From the NCBI GenBank assembly GCA_002269645.1, contig NIVC01003714.1:1-64000 (forward strand): 64,000 bases of DNA. Direction: 5' to 3'. The translations under genes were made by a program, and so were the position numbers. Every line of letters starts with the position of its first letter. The first letter of the stretch is position 1. This document shows, piece after piece, positions 12,207 through 22,447 of this stretch. This stretch comes from Macrostomum lignano. Taxonomy: Eukaryota. The notes beneath the pieces were generated by a model that had not been told where the DNA came from, did no database searches, and saw only the letters and a program-made list of their open reading frames with translations.

Positions 12207-13975
12207 ATGGCCGAGGATTTCTACTACGAGGTGCTGGGCGTGTCGGGCTTGTCCAGCAAGCAGAGCATCGAATCTGCCTACAGACAGCTGCGTGAGCGGT
12301 GAGTTCTCGCCTGCTTTGAAAAGCTTTGACATATTAGAACTAATATTCAATTTAGATTAGCTGTCCGTGCTACACTACTAAATCTATAATTAGCTAGATA
12401 AGCATTCCACTCCGTAATTCCAGCTGGCATATTGGCTAGATTCGCAATCCACTCCGTACTTCTAGCTGGTATACTGGCTAGATTCGCAATCCACTCCGCA
12501 ATTTCAGCTAGCATGTTGGCTGGATTAGCAATCCACTCCGCAATTTCAGCTAGCATGTTGGCTGGATTAGCAATCTACTCCGCAATTTCAGCTAGCATGT
12601 TGGCTGGATTAGCAATCTACTCCGCAATTTCAGCTAGCATGTTGGCTGGATTAGCAATCTACTCCGTAATTCCAGCAGGCATATTGGCAAGATTAGCAAT
12701 CCACTCTGTAATTTCAGATGGCACCCTAGCAACAACCCTGGCAACGAGTACGAGGCGTCAAGGCGCACACAGCAGATCTACCAGGCCTACATGACCCTGG
12801 CCGAGCCCTACCGAAGACAAACCTACGACGGACTGCGAAGCAACCAATACTTCAGGCAGAGACTGCGGGACCACTGCAGCGGCTGGGCCGGCCATCTGGG
12901 CTACGACTCGACCCGGCGTGACCTGAACTACAACGACTCGACTGCGCGCCTTATCCAGGAGTTCGCGCCAACCGTGCTGCTGCTATTCTATCCAGTGGAG
13001 CCCAGCGTGTCGATGCCCGCCTACCGCGGCTCGATGCCGTTCGGTCAGACGCAGGCGCCGATGATGCACCAGCAGCGCCCAATGAGCTTCGGTGCGCCGA
13101 AAAGCTTTTCGGGCGTTCCCAAGCTTATGGGCTCGGCCATGGTCGGCGGCCTGGCTGGCGGCCTCGCCGGCGGCCTGGCCAGGAGCGGCCCCAATATTGG
13201 CATTCCGAAGTGGGGTGGCCTGTCCAGGGCTGGCCTGTCCAGGGGTGGCCTGTCCAGGGGTGGCCCGTCCAAGGATGGCCTGTCCAGAGGGCTGTTCGTG
13301 GGCGGCTTGCTCGGGGGACTGTTCAGAGGAGGCCTGTCTGGGGGCGGCCGGTCGTGGGGCGCTAAGCCTCGGCGCGCCAAGCCGTGGATTGCCAACAGAA
13401 TGATGCAGCCCAGATGCTCCCCAGACGAGGAGGACGACGATGATCAAGATGAGAGCGATCACGACATGGATCACGATCAATTCGATCACGATATGAGCCA
13501 TGACTTATTTGATCACGGTATGAGCCATGACCAGTTCGATCACGGTATGAGCAATGACCAGTTTGATCACGGCATGAGCCATGACCAGTTCGATCACGGT
13601 ATGAGCCATGACCAGTTCGATCACGGTATGAGTCATGACCAGTTTGATCACGGCATGAGCCATGACCAGTTCGATCACGGTATGAGCCATGACCAGTTCG
13701 ATCACGGTATGAGCCATGACCAGTTTGATAACGGTATGAGCCATGACCAGTTTGATCACGGTATGAGCCATGACCAGATCGATCACGGTATGAGCCATGA
13801 CCAGTTTGATCACGGTATGAGCCATGACCAGTTCGATCACGGTATGAGCCATGACCAGTTCGATCACGGTATGAGCCATGACCAGTTCGATCACGGTATG
13901 AGCCATGACCAGTTCGATCACGGTATGGACTATAATGGCGACTTTGATGGTGGCTTCGACGGAGGAGCAGACTGA
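12207..13975 (+). CDS. J-domain gene 4, HPD changed to HPS, Gly/Arg-rich middle and DHGMSHDQF repeat tail (449 aa)
   Basis: Exon 1 12207-12298 (MAEDFYYEVLGVSGLSSKQSIESAYRQLRE). Exon 2 12718-13975 (WHPSNNPGNEYEASRRTQQIYQAYMTLAEPYRRQTYD), continuing in frame as ORF 12791..13975. Confidence 0.87.
12410..12717. repeat. 42-bp minisatellite, about 7 copies, in the J-gene 4 intron; the last unit supplies the 3' splice site
   Basis: Unit CCACTCCGCAATTTCAGCTAGCATGTTGGCTGGATTAGCAAT; the acceptor ATTTCAG at 12711-12717 matches the in-unit AATTTCAG. Confidence 0.9.
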
Positions 13976-14194
13976 CAAAAATCAACGCAGTGACCAGCAG
14001 CTGACCAAACTGTGACTTTCATTTTATTATTCATTTGAGTGCCGAAAAATATAAAATCTATTCTGAGAAGTCATGTTTCAGGAACGACTGTACATTGTGG
14101 TGGGGCAGGGAAGGTCGGGAGCGAGTGTACGTTAGGGTGAGGCAGAGAACGCCGGGAGCGAGTGAAAATTGGGGTGAGAGAGGGAAAATCGGAA

Positions 14195-15600
14195 GTGTAC
14201 AATGGGGTTGGGCAGGGAGGGCCGGGAGCGAGTGTACATTAGGGTTGGGCAGGGAGGGCCGGGAGCGAGTGTACATAGGGGTTGGGCAGGGAGGGCCGGG
14301 AGCGAGTGTACATTAGGGTTGGGCAGGGAGGGCCGGGAGCGAGTGTACATTAGGGTTGGGCAGGGAGGGCCGGGAGCGAGTGTACATTGGGGTTGGGCAG
14401 GGAGGGCCGGGAGCGAGTGTACATTAGGGTTGGGCAGGGAGGGCCGGGAGCGAGTGTACATTGGGGTTGGGCAGGGAGGGCCGGGAGCGAGTGTACATTA
14501 GGGTTGGGCAGGGAGGGCCGGGAGCGAGTGTACATTGGGGTTGGGCAGGGAGGGCCGGGAGCAAGTGTACATTGGGGTTGGGCAGGGAGGGCCGGGAGCG
14601 AGTGTACATAGGGGTTGGGCAGGGAGGGCCGGGAGCGAGTGTACATTAGGGTTGGGCAGGGAGGGCCGGGAGCGAGTGTACATTAGGGTTGGGCAGGGAG
14701 GGCCGGGAGCGAGTGTACATTAGGGTTGGGCAGGGAGGGCCGGGAGCGAGTGTACATTGGGGTTGGGCAGGGAGGGCCGGGAGCGAGTGTACATTAGGGT
14801 TGGGCAGGGAGGGCCGGGAGCGAGTGTACATTGGGGTTGGGCAGGGAGGGCCGGGAGCGAGTGTACATTAGGGTTGGGCAGGGAGGGCCGGGAGCGAGTG
14901 TACATTGGGGTTGGGCAGGGAGGGCCGGGAGCAAGTGTACATTGGGGTTGGGCAGGGAGGGCCGGGAGCGAGTGTACATAGGGGTTGGGCAGGGAGGGCC
15001 GGGAGCGAGTGTACCTTGGGGTTGGGCAGGGAGGGCCGGGAGCGAGTGTACATTGGGGTTGGGCAGGGAGGGCCGGGAGCGAGTGTACATTGGGGTTGGG
15101 CAGGGAGGGCCGGGAGCGAGTGTACCTTGGGGTTGGGCAGGGAGGGCCGGGAGCGAGTGTACCTTGGGGTTGGGCAGGGAGGGCCGGGAGCGAGTGTACC
15201 TTGGGGTTGGGCAGGGAGGGCCGGGAGCGAGTGTACATAGGGGTTGGGCAGGGAGGGCCGGGAGCGAGTGTACCTTGGGGTTGGGCAGGGAGGGCCGGGA
15301 GCGAGTGTACCTTGGGGTTGGGCAGGGAGGGCCGGGAGCGAGTGTACCTTGGGGTTGGGCAGGGAGGGCCGGGAGCGAGTGTACATAGGGGTTGGGCAGG
15401 GAGGGCCGGGAGCGAGTGTACCTTGGGGTTGGGCAGGGAGGGCCGGGAGCGAGTGTACATTGGGGTTGGGCAGGGAGGGCCGGGAGCGAGTGTACATAGG
15501 GGTTGGGCAGGGAGGGCCGGGAGCGAGTGTACCTTGGGGTTGGGCAGGGAGGGCCGGGAGCAAGTGTACCTTGGGATGAGGCAGGGAAGGCCTGGAACGA
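14195..15600. repeat. 37-bp G-rich minisatellite, about 37 copies, five GGG tracts per unit
   Basis: Unit GGGTTGGGCAGGGAGGGCCGGGAGCGAGTGTACATTA and variants; lies between the convergent J-gene 4 and ARMC8. Confidence 0.95.
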
Positions 15601-16252
15601 GTGCATGCTAGCAAATGGTTACGATTAGAGCTATTCGAGTTTAATTTATTTAGCTTGCAATATGTAGTTAATGTTTACAGCTAAGATTACTGTTTAGACA
15701 TTTATGAGATAAACCGATAAGTACTTATATGAGAAAGTGGTTAAACAGTTATAAGCTCGGCAGGGCAGCTGTCCTCCAACTGTCCCAATTACTGTATTAC
15801 GGGGTCTTATGCTAGGACACCTTTTTCCTGCAGTTCTGAGATCAAATAAGCAAAGAAATGATTTAAGTTAAATTTTTCAAAAAACGATCTGATGTATTTT
15901 TGAGTATGCCAGCGCAATGACCATCATCAGTGAGAGCGGTGTGTGCTAACAGGTTCAGCAATTGTTAGAATTTCAATGAACTGATGTTCAGTTTAAAAGC
16001 ACTGCAATCGAAAACAATAAACTGGTCGTTATAAAAAGGGGAGCAGACGGGGTCGCGAGGTCAGAGGGGTAAAATAGGCGGGAAGCGCTCTGTCAGACAA
16101 GTTCCGCTGTGGCCAATAGACTGCGCCACGAGGCAGTAAAAGCAGCAACTAGAATGGGATAAAATTGGGAATAAAATGTCGCAAAGTAACACTTAGACTA
16201 AAGATTGAACAAATGGCGATTGAATAGTGTTAGGCAGTTTAGAATAAATAAA

Positions 16253-19200
16253 TTAAAACAGGTTCAGCATTCGCTCCGCTCGGTGCGTCTCTTCAGCAGT
16301 CAGGATGGGATGGCGGTGGCTGCGGTCCAGCAGCTTCGCCACCTGGTCGGGGAAGCCCAGCTTCGCCAGCACGGAGCGGCACTGCGGGTCCGGCGCTGAA
16401 AAGGGTGGGTAAGGAGAGTGTATGGGGTGGTGGGGAGTGTACATTGATGTGGTGGGGAGTGTACATTGGGGTGGTGGGAGTGCACATTGGGGTGGTGGGA
16501 GTGCACATTGGGGTGGTGGGGAGTGTACATTGGGGTGATGGGGAGTGTACATTGGGGTGGTGGGGAGTGTACATTGATGTGGTGGGGAGTGTACATTGGG
16601 GTGGTGGGGAGTGTACATTGGGGTGGTCGGGAGCGTACATTGGGGTGGTGGGAGTGCACATTGGGGTGGTGGGAGTGCACATTGGGGTGGTGGGTAGTGT
16701 ACATTGGTGGTCGGGAGCGTACATTGGGAGGGACCGTTCCAATCAACACAAACTCACAAGCGGAGTCAGCTTCCGTCTCAGAAGCTGCTTCAGCATTCGG
16801 TCGCGGCTCCATCAGATTTGTGAAAATTCTCAGGCTCAGCTGCGGCAGAGGCAGTTCCGGTTGACTCTGAAATGAATTTAACATTGGCCTTAGTGATATA
16901 CTTGCTTCTGTATCAATTCAATAAAAAATGCTTAAATAAATCTGATTTAATACTTTGTAAGGCTTTAAAATTTAGGTTCTAAATGTAAGGTGCACAACGA
17001 AGGCTCCAGGACTGGCACAAGGCTCCAAGGACTGGTACAGGGAAGGCTCCAAGGACTGGTACAGGGAAGGCTCCAAGGACTGGTACAGGGAAGGCTCCAA
17101 GGACTGGTACAGGGAAGGCTCCAAGGACTGGTACAGGGAAGGCTCCAGGACTGGCACAGGGAAGGCTCCAGGAATGGCAGTCGCTCACCAGGCAGTCGCG
17201 CACACGCAGCAGGAGGGCTTCCCGAGGCAGCAGCGCCAGTCGGGCGGCCGCCCCTCCGTCAGCGGCGTTGACCAGAGCGGCCAGGGCGGCGGGCCGCAGA
17301 ACGGACTCGGCGGGCAGGCAGGGGTCCAGCGAGGACTCCAGCAGCGGCAGCAGCTGCGGCCGCGCCAACAGCAGGCGGTCGGCTCGGTCAGCTCCGCCAG
17401 CCAGCAGGTTGCGCAGCGCCTCCAGCGCTTTGCAGCAGGCGGCGGCGTCTGCGGTGGCGTCACCAGTTGCGATGGTCGCCGAAGGCTCCAGTTGGGTGCG
17501 CGGCAGCTGCAGCTCGTCCAGCATGGCGGCCAGGAGCTGCGGCAGTCGGTCGGCCAGCAGCTGCCAAGCGGCGCTGTCGCCGCAGTCGTAGGCGGCGTTG
17601 GCCAGCGCCCAGGCCAGGCTCAGGCGGAGACTTCGCTGCCGGGTCGGCGCGGGCAGGCAGCAGTCGGCCAGGAGGTTGAGCAGCAGCGACAGGCAGGACT
17701 CGGTGAGCAGGCGGTGGCGGCAGGGCGAGTGCGGCAGCAGCAGATTGCCGGTCAGGGCCACGGCCGTCTCAGCCGATGCCGCAGCTCCGTCCTCGGCGAC
17801 GGACCCGGCGTACCGTTGAAGGCATTCAAGGGCGAAGTCGGCCAGGCCGGGGTCGGCAAACAGCTGCAGGAGGCTGTCGGCACAGCGGGACAGCGCGTGC
17901 AGCAGCAGCAGCAGCGCCGAGCGGAGACTGTCAGGCGGTGGCGGCTGCTGACTCGCCGAATTCGGTAAAGTCGCCGCCGACGCGGTGGCAGTTGAGGAGA
18001 GCGCGGAGACCAGCTGCAGCAGCTGGGAGCGGAGCGGCACGCCGGGCTGCCTGGGCCACACGGGCGACAGCAGGGCGGCCAGGCGGAGCAGGCGGGGCAG
18101 CAGCGGCCGGCAAGCGGCCTCCGCCGGCAGCCGCTCCAGAAGGCCGTCAAGCAGCAGGCAGTCGCAGTGGGCGATGGAGTCCAGCGGGACACAGCCGGTC
18201 TGCAGCAGGAGTTGCATTTTGTATGAGCAGGATGAATATGGCGAGTAGAATGAATAGCAGTATGACTATTAGTAAGAGCAGAAAGTATGACAAGCAGTGC
18301 GAGTAGCAGCACGAGCAGTAGTATGAGAAGTAGTATAAGCCGCTTATAAGAGCATTAGTATGAGAAGTAGTATAAGCCGCTTATAAGAGCATTAGTATGA
18401 GAAGTAGTATAAGCCGCTTATAAGAGCAGTAGTATGAGAAAAAAGTATGAGCATTAGAATGAGCAGTAGTACGGGTAGTAGTATGAGCAGGCAGTAGTAT
18501 GAGCAGTAGTATTATGAGCAGCATGCATGTCACGGTTAGGGGATTAGCTCATGAGAATGGGATTAGCTCATGAAAATGGGATGAGCTCATGAGAATGGGA
18601 TTAGTTAATGAGAATGGGATTAGCTCATGAGAACGGGATTAGCTCATGAGAATGGGATTATCAATAGCAGCATGCATGTCACGGTCAGGGGATTAGCTCG
18701 TGAGAATGGGATTATCAATAGCAGCATGCATGTCACGGTCAGGGGATTAGCTCATGAGAATGGGATTATCAATAGCAGCATGCGTGTTACGGTTAGGGGA
18801 TTAGCTCATGAGAATGGGATTAGCTCATGAGAATGGGATTATCAATAGCAGCATGCATGTCACGGTCAGGGGATTAGCTCATGAGAATGGGATTATCAAT
18901 AGCAGCATGCGTGTCACGGTCAGGGGATTAGCTCATGAGAATGGGATTATCAATAGCAGCATGCATGTCACGGTCAGGGGATTAGCTCATGAGAATGGGA
19001 TTATCAATAGCAGCATGCATGTCACGGTCAGGGGATTAGCTCATGAGAATGGGATTATCAATAGCAGCATGCGTGTCACGGTCAGGGGATTAGCTCATGA
19101 GAATGGGATTATCAATAGCAGCATGCATGTCACGGTCAGGGGATTAGCTCATGAGAATGGGATTATCAATGGCAGCATGTGTGTCACGGTCAGGGGATTA

Positions 19201-20419
19201 GCTCATGAGAATGGGATTATCAATAGCAGCATGCAAACCCAGCTGGCTGACTCACCCAGAAGACAATGGCCAGGGTGTCCAGGCTGAGGCAGCGCCAGGC
19301 CAGCGGCACGGCCTCCGAGCGGCTCTGCACGCGGCGCACCGCGTCCGGCAGCACGCGATGAAGCAGAGCGTCCTGCAGGCGACTTCCGGCAGCACCGACG
19401 GCGGCGCGATGTCCAGCGGCGAGGGCAAGGCACATGCCAGCGAGGCAGCGAATCCCCGTGGAGCTGCGGAAAGGAGTCGGGGACGTCATAACATTGTGAG
19501 TAGTATTGGGCAGTGACGTCACCTGGATTGGAAACAGTACTGAATGGCCTATCATCGGCAGAACGTTATGCATAATCAAGATTTCAAATAGATGACGTCA
19601 TTGCCAATAGTGATTGGATTCCACTGACAAATTTAAAGATAAAAATATTCAATAGACGGCTGCGGGCACACTGACGCAACGCATTCGGCCACAACCAGCG
19701 CTGAGCACGCACAAAGTGCGCCAATACTGTAAACAGGCACGCACACAGTGTGTACAGCAACCCTGAATTTCTTATTGCTGGGCATGTACGAATCCCCATG
19801 GCACGACCCCAGAAGTCAAACGCGTCTACCGCTGAGCTGTTCCGCTCCCAATGCAAATATGAATGAAAAGCTGGAGCAGCCAGAAGATCTCTGTGCTCAC
19901 AATCTGGGCTGCAGCAGCTGGATGACTGTGTCCAGCAGTCTGCAGTCGGCTGTCCCGCCAGTCTCTTCTTCCAGAAGCCGGCCGGCAGCGTCGGGCACCC
20001 GCCAGCACAGCATGGCCAGCAGGCGCAGGCAGCTCAGCAGGTGGCCGCCATCGTCACGCCGTCGACGGCCGAAGCTCCTCTGCGGACGCGCGGGTCCGGC
20101 CAGCAGCAGCGGCGCCAGCGAGTCCACGGCGCCGTGGGCGTACAGGTGGAAGGCGGCGGCCTTGTCGGTGGCGACTGCGGCCAGCAGGGACAGCAGGTGA
20201 TCGTGCGGGCCCGGCAAGGGCAACAGGCTGAGCAGGAAGTTCAGCGAGCTCACCTGCGGGACAGGGGGTGGCAGCAATGCAGCTGCTCGTGGGTGACGGT
20301 TGGTGTCTTAAAAGCAGACAGACAAACAGACAGACAAACATTAAGACAGAGACAGACAGACAAACAGACAGACAAACATTAAGACAGAGACAGACAGACA
20401 GACAGATCGACAGACAGAC

Positions 20420-20506
<87 letters not shown>

Positions 20507-20524
20507 GGCAGACAGACAGACAGG

Positions 20525-20555
<31 letters not shown>

Positions 20556-20556
20556 G

Positions 20557-20612
<56 letters not shown>

Positions 20613-21793
20613 AAGACAGACAGACAGACAGACAGACAGGCAGACAGACAGTACCTGAGTCAGGCACTCGGCCCCGGTGTCGGGCAGCTCAGCCAGCGCG
20701 GGCTCCCAGTAGGCCAGCTGCGGCTCAGGCGGGCCGGTCAGCAGCTGCTGGGCGCTGACCAGAGTTCGCAGGGTCCGCAGGGCCGCCTGGCACAGCCGGG
20801 GCCGCCGCAGCCTCGGCAGCTTCTGCTGCTGCTGCAGCCGCTGCTCCCACAGCTGAGTCTCGCGGGCTCCGGCCACGGCGGACTGCAGGGCGACGGCGGC
20901 AGCGCCGGCGGCCAGGGCCGCAGCCCGGGCGCGGCAGTCGGCCAGACAGAGGCTGTTCAGCAGCGCCAGCAGCTGCTCGCACAGCGCGGCAGAGAAATTT
21001 TCTGACTCCGCCTTGTTGGCCTCCGCCAGGGATGACAGCAGGCTGGGGGAGGGGAGGCGAATATCGGTCACGTGCCATTCCTGTCTGCCTGTGCCATTCC
21101 TGTGTCTCCCCGTGCCATTCCTGTGTCTCCCGTGCCATTCCTGTGTCTCCCCGTGCCATTCCTGTGTCTCCCGTGCCATTCCTGTGTCTCCCCGTGCCAT
21201 TCCTGTGTCTCCCGTGCCATTCCTGTGTCTCCCCGTGCCCGGTGTCTCCCCGTGCCATTCCTGTGTCTCCCGTGCCATTCCTGTGTCTCCCGTGCCATTC
21301 CTGTGTCTCCCGTGCCATTCCTGTGTCTCCCGTGCCATTCCTGTGTCTCCCGTGCCATTCCTGTGTCTCCCCTGCCATTTCTGTGTCTCCCCGTGCCATT
21401 CCTGTGTCTCCCGTGCCATTCCTGTGTCTCCCGTGCCATTCCTGTGTCTCCCGTGCCATTCCTGTGTCTCCCGTGCCATTCCTGTGTCTCCCCTGCCATT
21501 CCTGTCTCCCGTGCCATTCTGGGGCTCCCTGTGCCATGCTCGGGCTCCCTGTGCCATTCTGGGGCTCCCTGTGCCATGCCGGGGCTCCCTGTGACATGCT
21601 GGGGGCCCCTGTGCCATCGCGAGAATTTCAGTAAAAAGCTTCCACAGCAACAGCAGCGGCTCACTAGTCTAACAGACGAAAGTCATTTCTGGCCAGGGCC
21701 TCTCGCTTCCTGTCCTCGTAGCCGATGAGGTAGTTGGACAGCTCCCTGAAAGTGGAGAGGAAGATAGATAGATAGATAGACACTAAGACAGCC

Positions 21794-21846
<53 letters not shown>

Positions 21847-21883
21847 GGCAGACAGACAGACAGACAGACAGAGACAGGCAGAC

Positions 21884-21946
<63 letters not shown>

Positions 21947-22051
21947 CACAGACAGACAGACAGGCAGACAGCAGTCTCACCTGAGCGCCCTCAGGCGGTC
22001 CTCAGCAGACAGCTGGGGCCGCTCCAGACGAGCCACAATTGGATCCAGCAT
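16253..22051 (-). CDS. ARMC8: Armadillo repeat-containing protein 8 homolog (GID5/Vid28, CTLH/GID E3 ligase subunit), 8 exons, about 787 aa
   Basis: Exons 22051-21981, 21745-21665, 21042-20655, 20253-19901, 19463-19256, 18199-17189, 16866-16758, 16395-16253; phase-consistent GT-AG, 2364 nt. Segments match remembered human ARMC8 in order: LCQAALRTLRTL (FIEACLRCLRTI), LYAHGAVDSLAPLL (LFNHGAVQNIAHLL), LLHRVLPDAVR (IVLKTLPCLVR), AALVNAADG (CILANIADG). Confidence 0.82.
16415..16730. repeat. About 22-bp G-rich minisatellite (GGGAGTGTACATTGGGGTGGT) in the last ARMC8 intron
   Basis: Visible tandem units. Confidence 0.9.
17000..17172. repeat. 24-bp minisatellite (GGACTGGTACAGGGAAGGCTCCAA) in an ARMC8 intron
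   Basis: About 7 tandem units. Confidence 0.9.
18330..19235. repeat. Short 37-bp array followed by a 54-bp minisatellite (GCAGCATGCATGTCACGGTCAGGGGATTAGCTCATGAGAATGGGATTATCAATA) in an ARMC8 intron
   Basis: Visible tandem units; source of ORFs 18627..18830 and 18808..19287. Confidence 0.9.
19760..19848 (-). mobile_element. Degenerate tRNA-like SINE head in an ARMC8 intron
   Basis: Minus strand: A-box-like AGCTCAGCGGTAG, then a degenerate B-box-like GGGGATTCGTACATGCCC. Confidence 0.4.
20315..20650. repeat. (GACA)n microsatellite in an ARMC8 intron
   Basis: Directly visible. Confidence 0.95.
21072..21620. repeat. 20-21-bp minisatellites (GTGCCATTCCTGTGTCTCCC; GGGGCTCCCTGTGCCATTCT) in an ARMC8 intron
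   Basis: Visible tandem units. Confidence 0.9.
21765..21970. repeat. (GATA)n/(GACA)n microsatellite in ARMC8 intron 1
   Basis: Directly visible. Confidence 0.95.
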
Positions 22052-22447
22052 TTCCAACCGCTGCCGCCTCCGCTGATGCTTTGGCTACTGAGGCTGATAG
22101 CAGGAGGCATGAAGATGAATGTGAGCTTTACCTGGTATCTGACTGGAGTGGATTAAATCAGCTAGCTAAAATAAACCCTAAATCATTTTTGCTGCATTGC
22201 CTTGAACTCTAAGTTCGCAGGCCTATAAACTAAATAATGAAAGACAACAAAAGTTGCAAAAGCAGCAAAGACCAGAAGACGCGTTCATATAAAAACCGTG
22301 GGCACACAAAGCTGCCGCAGAAATTTTACTTGAGACTCGCTCAGCCAAAAAACGACTGAGATGACGCCAGTGACTGCACCTGAGATTCAGGATACTAAAA
22401 AACCTGAAGAAAAAGTTTGAATTGCTGAGCACAGAAGCAAATTGTGA

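Noticed and set aside
14720-15614. Several overlapping Pro-rich or Gly-rich ORFs
   Set aside because: Frame-rotating products of a 37-bp stop-poor satellite on both strands.
17174-18306. Long plus-strand ORFs over ARMC8, and similar antisense ORFs over GH3, M13 and NUDT19 exons
   Set aside because: Shadow ORFs of GC-rich coding exons; the opposite strand carries the recognisable motifs and splice sites.
20249-20256. AG|GTGAG recursive-splice-like site at an ARMC8 exon start (also TAG|GTGAA at 54895)
   Set aside because: AG|GT is a common acceptor context and the introns are short; there is no independent evidence.
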